A stretch of DNA of 54,682 bases. It comes from Candidatus Omnitrophota bacterium (GTDB lineage Bacteria; Omnitrophota; Gorgyraeia; Gorgyraeales; Gorgyraeaceae). The notes beneath the pieces are model-generated. The model was not told the origin of the DNA and made no database searches. It saw only the letters and a program-made list of their open reading frames with translations. The stretch lies in contig JAUSEX010000022.1 of assembly GCA_030649895.1 (NCBI GenBank), positions 1 through 54,682 of the forward strand, in the 5' to 3' direction. Made by a program: the position numbers and the translations under genes. This document shows positions 45,148 to 54,566 of the stretch, one piece after another (position 1 is the first letter of the stretch; each line of letters begins with the position of its first letter).

Positions 45148-46424
45148 TCATCGGATCCAGCGCAGCAGGGATAAGCGCAGTGGAAGCCATAAGGACCAAG
45201 GATAAAGACTCGAAGATAACCGTTATTAGCGACGAGAAGAAGCCGCTTTATTCAAGATGCCTTATTTCTTATTTATTGGCCGGGACCATAGATGAGAAAA
45301 AAATATGGTATAGAAAAGATAGCTTCTTTAAAGATAATAAAGTGGACGCTCTTCTGGGCGTGAGGGTCAGAGAGATAAACGCAAAGAATAAAGAGGTCAT
45401 TCTTAATAACAAAGAAAAGGTTAAATTCGACAAGCTGCTTATCGCAACCGGAGCTTCCCCGAAATTAGAGGATATACCGGGGATAGATAAAAAAGGCGTT
45501 TTTCCTCTAAGGACTATTGATCATACCATTGAAGTTCAGGCTATGCTGGACAGAGTAAAAAGCGTGGCTGTATTTGGCGGCGGACTGATAGGCCTTCGCG
45601 CTGCGTACGCTTTGAAGATCAGAGGCAAAGATGTAAGCGTTTTTGTAAAATCGGAGTCCATACTTTCTCAAATAGCTGATAAAGGCGCTGCCGGGATCAT
45701 GCAGAGGCGCCTGGAAGAGAAAGGCATAAAGATATTTATAGGCGTAGCCGCAAAGGAGATTACTGGCGACAAGTCAGTAAAAGGCGCGGTACTTGACAAT
45801 GGTTCGAAATATGCTTGCGAACTTGTGATTATAGGTAAAGGAGTTTCGCCTAATATTGAAATAGCAAAGGATGCCGGGATAAAAACAAACTGGGGTATCT
45901 TAACAAACGATTATCTGGAGACGAATGTTAAAGATATATTTGCCGCAGGGGACGCGTCGGAGACAAATGATATCGCATTGGGAGAAAGCTCTGTAAACGC
46001 TATCTGGCCTGCTGCGTGCGAACAGGGCAGAATCGCAGGATTGAATATGGCTGGAGAAAAAGAAAAATACCAGGGCTCTCTGGCGATGAATTCTATAGAA
46101 TTTTTCGGGCTTCCTGTTATATCAGTAGGCATAACAAGGCCCAAGAGCAGCGCTTATGAAGAGCTTGTAAAAAAAGATACGGCTATGAATATTTACAAAA
46201 AGGTGGTATTAAAAGACGGCGTTATCGTAGGGGTTGTATTCGTGAATTCAATAGAAAATATAGGCGTTATCGGAGCCTTGATCAGGAATAAGGCGGATAT
46301 TACGGGAATTAAAGAAATAATCTTAGACGATTATTTCGATTACGGAAAAGCGATACCCTTGATAAAAAAATCTAAAACAGGCTTTAAGGAGCAGGAATTT
46401 AAAGAGACGGTAATGACTTTATAG
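45135..46424 (+). CDS. FAD-dependent pyridine-nucleotide-disulfide-family oxidoreductase
   Basis: Two Rossmann motifs, IIGSSAAG and VFGGGLIG. AAGD motif. Confidence 0.85.
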   Translation: MQYVIIGSSAAGISAVEAIRTKDKDSKITVISDEKKPLYSRCLISYLLAGTIDEKKIWYRKDSFFKDNKVDALLGVRVREINAKNKEVILNNKEKVKFDKLLIATGASPKLEDIPGIDKKGVFPLRTIDHTIEVQAMLDRVKSVAVFGGGLIGLRAAYALKIRGKDVSVFVKSESILSQIADKGAAGIMQRRLEEKGIKIFIGVAAKEITGDKSVKGAVLDNGSKYACELVIIGKGVSPNIEIAKDAGIKTNWGILTNDYLETNVKDIFAAGDASETNDIALGESSVNAIWPAACEQGRIAGLNMAGEKEKYQGSLAMNSIEFFGLPVISVGITRPKSSAYEELVKKDTAMNIYKKVVLKDGVIVGVVFVNSIENIGVIGALIRNKADITGIKEIILDDYFDYGKAIPLIKKSKTGFKEQEFKETVMTL

Positions 46425-46437
46425 CGAAGGAGAGGCG

Positions 46438-48615
46438 ATGTCAAAGATAATTGCGTCATGCGCCATAAGAGGCGCGAGAGAAATCTACAAGCAGGCAGAG
46501 GAATTTTTGGAAAAAGCTATCAAGGAAAAAGGCGAATCCTGCGAGGTAAAATTCCCTGATACAGCTTTTTATTTCCCAATGGCCTATGCCTTACTCGGAG
46601 AAGAGGTAAAAAAACTCGACGATGCGAAAAGGGTTTTGTTGTCTGCAAAAACACTTTTACACGACGATCCTTCTGAAAAAATATGGCTGCCTTATCTGGG
46701 CAATACGCTTGATTCCGGCGTATCAGCGCTTTTGTGCGAAGAGATAGTAATGGCCTTAAGGTATTTATACGGCCAGGAACCGCAAAAGGATTGTAATGGA
46801 TTTTTTTCAGACACGATTCTCCGCACGTTGGGCATTCAGCTTGTAGACGGGAGAATACCCGGGTTTGCCGCGATATTGGGGGCTGCGCCAGATAACAAAA
46901 CAGCCGTACATATTGTGCGCGAACTGCAGAAACGCAGCATAATGACATTTGTAGGCAGCAGTGTAAACGGAAAGAGTATAATTGACCAGCTTATTGAAGA
47001 AAAGGTAGAGATGGGATGGGATACCTATATAATACCGTATGGAAGAGATACTTTAAGCGCGATATACCCTTTGAACTGGGCGATAAGAGGCGCGCTTACT
47101 TTCGGAGGGCATAAAAAAGGCGAGGCCCTTAAATGCCTTAAATACTGCCAGAATAGGGTGTTTGCATTCGGAATGGTCTTAGGGGAATTAGATGATATTA
47201 AATACGCAACAGGCGCAGGCGCTATTAATATGGGTTTTCCTATAATAGCGGATACGAATATACCTGAAATAAGACCTAGCGGCATATGTACGTATGAACA
47301 TGTGGTGAAAGAGCTTGATCATAAAAGAATAGTCCCACGCTCAATAGAGGTAAGAGGCTTGAAGATAAAGGTTACGGAAATAGACATACCGGTAGCTTAT
47401 TCGCCGGCTTTTGAAGGCGAAAGAGTAAGGCGCGAGCAGATGTTTGCGCAATTTGGCGGAAAATATTCAGATGCGTTCGAGTATGTGAAAATGGTGAAGC
47501 CAGATGAGATAGAGGACGGAAAAATAGAAGTAATAGGCGCGGAACTTGATAAAATAGCAGAAGGCGGGGCAACCCCTTTGGGGATATACGTGGAAGTGGC
47601 AGGAAGAAAGATGCAAAAAGATTTTGAGCCTATATTGGAAAGGCAGATACATAGCTTTTTGAACGAAGCAATGGGCGTATTCCACATGGGCCAGAGGGAC
47701 ATGTGCTGGATAAGAGTATCGAAAGATGCCAGGGCGAAAGGATTTTTATTAAAGCATTTCGGCGTAATTTTACACGCGAAGTTTCATGACGTGTTCAGCG
47801 CTATCGTGGATAAAGCGCAAATCACAATATACACAAAACAGGAAGACGTTGAAAAGCTTATAAAAGAGGCTCAGGTTTCATATCAAGAAAGAGACGCCAG
47901 GGTTGAAAAGATGACGGATGAAAGCGTAGATCTGTTTTGGACGTGTACGCTTTGCCAGAGTTTCGCGCCAAATCATTTGTGTATTATCAAGCCGGAGAGG
48001 CTCGGATTATGCGGGGCGTATAACTGGCTGGATGCAAAGGCAGCGTATGAACTAAATCCTTCAGGCGCTAATCAGCCCATAGAAAAAGGCGCGTGCATAG
48101 ACCCTGTTAAGGGTGAATGGAGCGGCGTAAATGAAGTGGTTCTTCAAAAATCAAATCGCACACTGGAGAGATTCTGCGGTTATTCTATAATAGATGCGCC
48201 GGAGACAAGCTGCGGATGTTTTGAATGTATAATAGCGATAATTCCCGAGGCAAATGGTTTTATGGTGGTAAACAGGGAATATTCAGGAATGACGCCTGCG
48301 GGAATGACCTTTTCGACGCTTGCCGGCACAATAGGAGGCGGGCAGCAGACCCCGGGTTTTATGGGAGTAGGAAGGCTTTATATTGCCAGCAAAAAGTTTA
48401 TTTCTGCTGAAGGGGGGCTTAAAAGAGTAGTGTGGATGTCGAAGGAATTAAAGGAAGCATTGTCCGATAAGCTGAAGAAGAGATGTGAAGAAATGGGCGA
48501 TCCGGATTTTCTAAATAAAATTGCAGATGAGACAATAGCTACGACAACGGAGAAATTATTGCCGCATCTTGAAAAAATCGGCCACCCAGCACTCGCGATG
48601 GAGCCGGTAATGTGA
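46438..48615 (+). CDS. acsB: acetyl-CoA synthase (A-cluster subunit of CODH/ACS)
   Basis: Collinear with the remembered Moorella AcsB sequence. CQSFAPNH and the Cys-Gly-Cys bridge SCGCFEC. Confidence 0.95.
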   Translation: MSKIIASCAIRGAREIYKQAEEFLEKAIKEKGESCEVKFPDTAFYFPMAYALLGEEVKKLDDAKRVLLSAKTLLHDDPSEKIWLPYLGNTLDSGVSALLCEEIVMALRYLYGQEPQKDCNGFFSDTILRTLGIQLVDGRIPGFAAILGAAPDNKTAVHIVRELQKRSIMTFVGSSVNGKSIIDQLIEEKVEMGWDTYIIPYGRDTLSAIYPLNWAIRGALTFGGHKKGEALKCLKYCQNRVFAFGMVLGELDDIKYATGAGAINMGFPIIADTNIPEIRPSGICTYEHVVKELDHKRIVPRSIEVRGLKIKVTEIDIPVAYSPAFEGERVRREQMFAQFGGKYSDAFEYVKMVKPDEIEDGKIEVIGAELDKIAEGGATPLGIYVEVAGRKMQKDFEPILERQIHSFLNEAMGVFHMGQRDMCWIRVSKDARAKGFLLKHFGVILHAKFHDVFSAIVDKAQITIYTKQEDVEKLIKEAQVSYQERDARVEKMTDESVDLFWTCTLCQSFAPNHLCIIKPERLGLCGAYNWLDAKAAYELNPSGANQPIEKGACIDPVKGEWSGVNEVVLQKSNRTLERFCGYSIIDAPETSCGCFECIIAIIPEANGFMVVNREYSGMTPAGMTFSTLAGTIGGGQQTPGFMGVGRLYIASKKFISAEGGLKRVVWMSKELKEALSDKLKKRCEEMGDPDFLNKIADETIATTTEKLLPHLEKIGHPALAMEPVM

Positions 48616-48662
48616 ACTAGGCCCAGTTCTCCGAACGGGATAAGGTAACAAAGGAGCTTTTA

Positions 48663-50000
48663 ATGGCGCTATCAGGTTTAGATATATACAAATTATTACC
48701 AAAAACTAACTGTAAAAAATGCGGATCTCCTACGTGCCTTGCATTCGCGATGAAGCTCGCGATGAAAAAGGCGTCCCTGGACGAGTGTCCTGATATAACA
48801 GCTGAGGCTAAGAAAGCTTTGGAAGAATCTTCCAGGCCGCCAATTGCCCTGATAAAACTGGGATCGGGGGATAACGTTGTGGAAATCGGGGGAGAGACCG
48901 TTTTGTTCAGGCACGAAAAGACATTCTATCACCAGACAGCTATTGCGATAAGCGCGGATGATACGCTTGACGACTCTGCACTTTTGGCGAGGATAAAAGA
49001 AATAGAGAATATAAGTTTTGAAAGGGTCGGCCAGCATATATCAATCGATATGATAGCCCTTGTAAATAAAAGTTCTACCGCAGAGAAATTTCTGAGCGCC
49101 CTGGATAAAATTCTCCAGAATTCAAAGAAGCCCGTTATCTTGGTGAGCCCTGACCCCAAAACCATAGAAGCTGCTTTGAAAAAATGTTCGGATAGAAAAA
49201 CCCTTGTGCACGCCGCTGATTCTAAAAATTTAAAAGATATGTGCGCCGTGGCCAAAGCTTGCAAAGCCGTCCTTGCTTTGAAAGCTAAAAATTTAGAAGA
49301 ACTTGATAAAATGTCCCAAGAGGCAAATAGCCTGGGCATTGAAGAAATAGCGCTTGATCCTGGTTTTGAAACATTACACGGGTCGCTGAACGACCTGACG
49401 CAGATAAGGCGCCTGAGCCTTAAGCGCAATTACAGGCCTTTCGGTTTTCCTGTAATAATGTTTGTAAAAAATAACGATAAATATCAGACGGTTGTAGATT
49501 CCTGCACGTTTATTGCTAAATATGCGGGCGTAATTGTGCTTGACTCTACCGAAGAGGACGTGCTTCTGCCGATAGTAACTATGCGCCAGAATATCTATAC
49601 AGACCCGCAGAAGCCTGTTACAGTAGAACCAAAACTGTATAAATTCGGATCCCCGGATAAAAATTCTCCTATTATGGTGACCACTAATTTTTCTCTGACG
49701 TTTTACACTGTTGCCCCGGAAATAGAGGCAAGCGGCAATCCTGCGTATCTATTGGTTACTGATTCGGAAGGCATGAGCGTTTTGACCGCGTGGGCTGCAG
49801 AAAAATTTACTCCTGAAATAATAGCCGAGACTATGAAAAAAACAGAACTGGACAGCATTGTCTCTCATAAGAAAATAATAATACCAGGCTATGTGGCTGT
49901 TTTAAGCGGAAAATTGGAAGATGTTTCCGGGTGGCAGGTGCTTGTAGGGCCAAAAGAGGCGTCCGGGATACCGAAATACCTGAAAGAAATCTGGAAATAG
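48663..50000 (+). CDS. acsC: corrinoid iron-sulfur protein, large subunit
   Basis: N-terminus LSGLDIYKLLPKTNCKKCGSPTCLAFAMKLA..ECP matches AcsC. Confidence 0.95.
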   Translation: MALSGLDIYKLLPKTNCKKCGSPTCLAFAMKLAMKKASLDECPDITAEAKKALEESSRPPIALIKLGSGDNVVEIGGETVLFRHEKTFYHQTAIAISADDTLDDSALLARIKEIENISFERVGQHISIDMIALVNKSSTAEKFLSALDKILQNSKKPVILVSPDPKTIEAALKKCSDRKTLVHAADSKNLKDMCAVAKACKAVLALKAKNLEELDKMSQEANSLGIEEIALDPGFETLHGSLNDLTQIRRLSLKRNYRPFGFPVIMFVKNNDKYQTVVDSCTFIAKYAGVIVLDSTEEDVLLPIVTMRQNIYTDPQKPVTVEPKLYKFGSPDKNSPIMVTTNFSLTFYTVAPEIEASGNPAYLLVTDSEGMSVLTAWAAEKFTPEIIAETMKKTELDSIVSHKKIIIPGYVAVLSGKLEDVSGWQVLVGPKEASGIPKYLKEIWK

Positions 50001-50002
50001 AG

Positions 50003-50056
50003 AAAATCCACCTACGGGGTGAGCCAATTAATTGGCTCACCCCGTAGGTGGATTTT
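50003..50056. terminator. perfect 54-bp palindrome (27-bp arms, no spacer), probable bidirectional terminator
   Basis: AAAATCCACCTACGGGGTGAGCCAATT | AATTGGCTCACCCCGTAGGTGGATTTT. Starts 3 nt after the acsC stop. Confidence 0.65.
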
Positions 50057-50061
50057 GGGTT

Positions 50062-50619
50062 ATGAATCTAGCGAATAAAATTTCAGTATTACGCATATTG
50101 TTGATACCGTTTTTTATAGCGTGTATTCTGTATTACGGCGAAGGCAGAGAGTATCTTAGATTCGTTGGCCTTGGCATATTTTTACTGGCTACTATCAGCG
50201 ACGCTGTTGACGGGGGGATAGCGAGGTTGAAACATCAGGTCACGGAATTGGGCATGATATTGGACCCGATAGCGGACAAACTTTTAATAGTAAGCGCTTT
50301 TATATCCTTGTCCATGATAAAGGTTGTCCCTGAAAGCCTGCGTATCCCCGCATGGGCGGTTTTGACAGTCATAAGCAGGGATATAGTGATAGTGCTGGGC
50401 TCCATGATTATATATCTTATTAAAGGCGACTTGAAGATAAGGCCAAGCTGGCTCGGAAAGACTACAACGCTTTTCCAGATGTTAACAATACTTGTTTTCC
50501 TGGCCGCGTTCAGATACCACAGGTTTTTTCTTTATCCGGCAATCCTTTTTACAGTGCTTTCCGCGATAGATTATATCTGGCGCGGCTCAAAGCAACTCAA
50601 TGAAACCCACAAAATATAA
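50062..50619 (+). CDS. pgsA: CDP-diacylglycerol--glycerol-3-phosphate 3-phosphatidyltransferase
   Basis: CDP-alcohol phosphatidyltransferase motif DAVDGGIAR..G..LDPIADK. Start at ATG 50062, because the ORF-track start lies inside the palindrome. Confidence 0.9.
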   Translation: MNLANKISVLRILLIPFFIACILYYGEGREYLRFVGLGIFLLATISDAVDGGIARLKHQVTELGMILDPIADKLLIVSAFISLSMIKVVPESLRIPAWAVLTVISRDIVIVLGSMIIYLIKGDLKIRPSWLGKTTTLFQMLTILVFLAAFRYHRFFLYPAILFTVLSAIDYIWRGSKQLNETHKI

Positions 50620-51922
50620 TTTCCATAAAGTAGTTATTGTCGGAAGGCCTAATGTCGGTAAGTCTACGCTTTTTAACAGGATTCTGCAAAGACGCAAGGC
50701 CATAGTGGAAGAATTCGGACCCACTACCCGCGACAGAATCGGCGCTATTGTTAAATGGTCCGGCAAGACTTTCGAGCTGATAGATACCCCGGGCCTTAAT
50801 TTTGAAAAAAAAGAAAACCTCTCAATGCTTATAGAAAAACAAATAATGCTTGGCATAAAAGAGGCTGATCAGCTTATTTTTGTATGCGACGCTATTTCCG
50901 GGATCTTACAAATGGACTATAAGATATGCGAGATGCTTAGAAAAGCGGATAAAAACGTTATATTAGCCGTAAACAAGGTGGACAGTAGAAATTTAATGCA
51001 AAAGATGTCAAATTTTTATAGCTTGGGTTTTGGCGAACCAATGACCATATCCAGCTTGCATGGGTTAGGAATAGGGGACCTTTTAGATAAAGTCGTGACT
51101 AATATTGTTCGAGTGAGCGCCGACACCAAAAGTGCTGGTGCGAGTCGAGAACCTATAAAACTCGCTATTATCGGTAAACCAAACGTAGGAAAATCTTCTT
51201 TTGTTAACGGCATTCTAGATGAAGAAAGAATTACAGTTAGCGATATCCCTGGCACCACAAGAGACTCGATAGACACGTATTTTGAAAAAGATAAAAAATC
51301 TTTTACTATAATTGATACGGCGGGCATACGTTCGAAGGCTAAAATAAAAGACGCTGTCACGTATTTCAGCATATTGCGCACGGAAGAAACCATTAAAAGA
51401 AGCGACGTGGCAGTAATCCTAATAGACGCGCCGCTAGGCATAACAAAAGAAGAACACAGGATAATAGACATTGTGCAGAAAAATTTTAAACCGTTTATCT
51501 TGGCGATAAATAAATGGGACCTGGCGGAGAAAGAGGGCATAAAAAAAAGCGGGTACGAAAAAGTAATCCGCGAAAATATAAGATTTATGTATAACGCGCC
51601 TATTGTTTTTATGTCTGCGTTAAAAAAGTCAAATCTCGTAGAAGTAGTTGACAAGGCTTACGAACTGGCAGAAAAATCCAGAAAGAATTTTTCAACAAGC
51701 GACCTGAACAGCATTCTTAAGGCTGTGGATTTCAATCCAACAAAGCTTTACTCTATAAGACAAATGAGAAATTCTCCGCCTGATTTTGAGATCATCGTAA
51801 AGAACCCTGAAGACATAAAAAGCACGGAAAAAAGCCACCTGGTAAATATTTTCCGTAAAAAATTACGGTTAGAAGGAATTCCGGTCATTATAAAATTCAG
51901 AAAAAAAGAATTTAAGCTTTAA
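50600..51922 (+). CDS. der: ribosome-biogenesis GTPase Der (EngA)
   Basis: Two GTPase domains (GRPNVGKST, GKPNVGKSS) plus a KH-like C-terminus. Confidence 0.95.
   Translation: MKPTKYNFHKVVIVGRPNVGKSTLFNRILQRRKAIVEEFGPTTRDRIGAIVKWSGKTFELIDTPGLNFEKKENLSMLIEKQIMLGIKEADQLIFVCDAISGILQMDYKICEMLRKADKNVILAVNKVDSRNLMQKMSNFYSLGFGEPMTISSLHGLGIGDLLDKVVTNIVRVSADTKSAGASREPIKLAIIGKPNVGKSSFVNGILDEERITVSDIPGTTRDSIDTYFEKDKKSFTIIDTAGIRSKAKIKDAVTYFSILRTEETIKRSDVAVILIDAPLGITKEEHRIIDIVQKNFKPFILAINKWDLAEKEGIKKSGYEKVIRENIRFMYNAPIVFMSALKKSNLVEVVDKAYELAEKSRKNFSTSDLNSILKAVDFNPTKLYSIRQMRNSPPDFEIIVKNPEDIKSTEKSHLVNIFRKKLRLEGIPVIIKFRKKEFKL
51101..51153. repeat. half copy (F) of the nested palindromic repeat, inside the der inter-domain linker
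   Basis: AATATTGTTCGAGTGAGC ... GAGTCGAGAACC. Translated as NIVRVSADTKSAGASREP. Confidence 0.55.
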
Positions 51923-51925
51923 CGG

Positions 51926-51968
51926 CCGGATAAATCAACAATACCGGCTTATCCGGTTATTTTTAATT
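51926..51968 (+). terminator. terminator after der
   Basis: CCGGATAA / TTATCCGG stem with a 15-nt loop, followed by TTATTTTTAATTTT. Confidence 0.5.
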
Positions 51969-51990
51969 TTCAAGCTAAGGAGGGCAAGTA

Positions 51991-52617
51991 ATGGGATATT
52001 TTATATTATTTCTTGGTTTTGTAGCGGCTTATATAATAGGGTCAATCCCCACAGCGTATATATTTGGCAGGGTTCTCAAGGGTATAGATATACGAGAATA
52101 CGGAAGCGGAAACGTTGGCGCCACAAATGTATTCAGGGTAATAGGAAAGGCGCCCGGAATAATAGCCCTTATAATAGATATCATCAAAGGCTTTGTTTGC
52201 GCAACATACCTTGCTTCCGGATTTATGTACCTGGCTCCTGTTACGAGGCCTGAGCTTTACAGGATACTGGCAGGGCTTTTCGCGATAGTAGGCCATAACT
52301 GGACAATATTCCTTAAGTTCAAAGGCGGAAAAGGCGTTGCTACCAGCGCAGGCGTAGTGATAGGGCTTATTCCTAAGATATTCTGGCTAGGGTTTTTAGT
52401 ATGGCTGATAACATTTTTTATAACAGGCTTTGTATCTCTTGGGTCTATCGTAGGGGTTATTTCAGTTCCTATTTTTACGCTTGCATTCGGAGAACCCGCG
52501 GAAATAGTTGTCTTCATGTGCTTTTTATGCCTGATCATAGTTTACAAGCACAAGCCCAATATCAGGCGTTTAGCCAGGGGCGAAGAAAAACGAATCTCAC
52601 TATTTAAAAAGAAATAA
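51991..52617 (+). CDS. plsY: glycerol-3-phosphate acyltransferase PlsY
   Basis: GSGNVGATN and HNWTIFLKFKGGKGVAT. Confidence 0.95.
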   Translation: MGYFILFLGFVAAYIIGSIPTAYIFGRVLKGIDIREYGSGNVGATNVFRVIGKAPGIIALIIDIIKGFVCATYLASGFMYLAPVTRPELYRILAGLFAIVGHNWTIFLKFKGGKGVATSAGVVIGLIPKIFWLGFLVWLITFFITGFVSLGSIVGVISVPIFTLAFGEPAEIVVFMCFLCLIIVYKHKPNIRRLARGEEKRISLFKKK

Positions 52618-54566
52618 TGAAAAAGATTTTTGACGAGAATGGCCCTATAGCTAACGCCATGCCGGGATACGAGGTAAGGCACGAGCAGATAGAGATGGCT
52701 GAGGCTATAGAAAGCGCTATCAGTCATTCAGAACAATTGATCGTAGAAGCCGGGACAGGCATAGGCAAAAGCTTCGCTTATCTCGTGCCGCTTGCGGAAT
52801 ACGCGATTAAAAATAACTCCCTCGGAATAATTTCCACCAATACCATAAGCCTTCAGGAACAAATAATAAACAAGGATATCCCTTTTCTGGAAAAAGCGCT
52901 GGGCAAAGATTTCAAGGCAGTGCTCGTGAAGGGCAGGAATAATTATCTTTGCCTAAGGAAGCTGCGCAGGTCTGAATTTCTGCAGAAAGACCTTTTTTCT
53001 GACCAGTACGAATTGACAGAATTTACAAAAATCTTCGCCTGGTCATATAAGACGCAGGACGGCACGCTTTACGACTTAGAAGAAGAGCCGGATATGAAGG
53101 TATGGAGCATGGTTTCAACTGACTCAGAGACGTGCCTCGGCAAGAATTGCCAGCATTACAAGAAGTGTTTTTTTCAAAGAGCCAGAGAAAAAATAAGCGA
53201 GGCCAGGATGCTGGTTATAAACCATCACTTGTTTTTTTCAAACCAGGCGTTATTAAAAGAAGATAAAAGCGTGTTCCCTGAGTGGGGCGCGCTTGTATTT
53301 GACGAGGCGCACAGCATTGAAAGCGTGGCTACGGAACATCTTGGCGCAAATGTAACAAATACAGGCGCCAGGTATCTGCTGGACCTGTTGTTTAATCTAA
53401 AGAAACAAAAAGGTTTTTTGCTTACTGTAGGCGACCAGGATAGCATGGAATGCGTGGAACAGGTGCGGAGGCGATTAGATGTATTTTTCAAGGATATAAA
53501 AGACCATTTTGACGCAAATATCAAGAAAGAAGACTCTGACACGCTCAGGATCAGGCAGAAAAATTTTGTAGAAAACAACTTATCATCGTCTCTACGCGAC
53601 CTGGCAGAATCGCTTTTGGTTACAAAAAAGGGCGTAAAGGATAAGGAAGACGAGGTGGAGATAGCTAGCTTTATCAGGAAAATCAACGTACTAAAGGATT
53701 CTGTCGAGCTTATTCTTAACCAGTCCATGGAAAATCATGTATACTGGGTAGAATGCTCGAGGAATAAGAAGGCAAACAAGATCTCCATAAATACAGCGCC
53801 TGTGAATATAGGCGAAATATTAAAAGAAGAGCTTTTTGATGAAGAAAAGCCGATAATCCTGACAAGCGCAACGCTTTCAGTGGATAACGGCTCGTTTAAG
53901 TATTTTAAGGACAGGGTTGGCGCAAAAAAAGCCATAGAACTGAAGCTAGGGTCGCCATTTGACTACAAAAATCAAGTCAGGATGTATATAGCGAAAAATA
54001 TGCCTAGCCCTGACAACGTGACTGATTACGCTATTAAAGCAGCTGACAGGATAAAAAGATACCTGGACCTTACCAATGGAAGCGCGTTTGTGCTTTTTAC
54101 AAGCTATTCTCTGATGAATATTGTTTATGAGGAGCTTGAAGAATATCTTGCCCTGAAAGATTTTAATGTTTTAAGGCAAGGCAGTGGCTTAAGTAGAAAT
54201 AAAATGCTGGCCAGCTTTAAAAAAGAGTCAGGGTCTGTTCTTTTCGGGGTTGATACGTTCTGGCAGGGAATAGATGTCCAGGGTAAAGCGCTTTCCAATG
54301 TAATTATAACAAAACTGCCCTTTAGCGTTCCTGATCATCCTGTTATTGAAGCCAGGATAGACGATATACAAAAAAGAGGAGGGGACGCTTTTTTGGAGTA
54401 CAATCTGCCGGAAGCAGTGCTTAAATTCAAGCAGGGATTCGGAAGATTGATCCGCAGCAAAAACGATACAGGCGTAATAGCCATTCTTGACAGTCGCATA
54501 ATAAATAAATTTTACGGCAGAGCTTTTTTAAATTCCATACCTAAGTGCAATATAATCATTGAATAG
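52617..54566 (+). CDS. dinG: DinG/XPD-family ATP-dependent DNA helicase with Fe-S cluster cysteines
   Basis: AGTGIGKSFAY Walker A. Cys residues at CLRKL and C-LGKNCQHYKKC. DEAH box (FDEAHS). Helicase C-terminal motifs. Confidence 0.9.
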   Translation: MKKIFDENGPIANAMPGYEVRHEQIEMAEAIESAISHSEQLIVEAGTGIGKSFAYLVPLAEYAIKNNSLGIISTNTISLQEQIINKDIPFLEKALGKDFKAVLVKGRNNYLCLRKLRRSEFLQKDLFSDQYELTEFTKIFAWSYKTQDGTLYDLEEEPDMKVWSMVSTDSETCLGKNCQHYKKCFFQRAREKISEARMLVINHHLFFSNQALLKEDKSVFPEWGALVFDEAHSIESVATEHLGANVTNTGARYLLDLLFNLKKQKGFLLTVGDQDSMECVEQVRRRLDVFFKDIKDHFDANIKKEDSDTLRIRQKNFVENNLSSSLRDLAESLLVTKKGVKDKEDEVEIASFIRKINVLKDSVELILNQSMENHVYWVECSRNKKANKISINTAPVNIGEILKEELFDEEKPIILTSATLSVDNGSFKYFKDRVGAKKAIELKLGSPFDYKNQVRMYIAKNMPSPDNVTDYAIKAADRIKRYLDLTNGSAFVLFTSYSLMNIVYEELEEYLALKDFNVLRQGSGLSRNKMLASFKKESGSVLFGVDTFWQGIDVQGKALSNVIITKLPFSVPDHPVIEARIDDIQKRGGDAFLEYNLPEAVLKFKQGFGRLIRSKNDTGVIAILDSRIINKFYGRAFLNSIPKCNIIIE

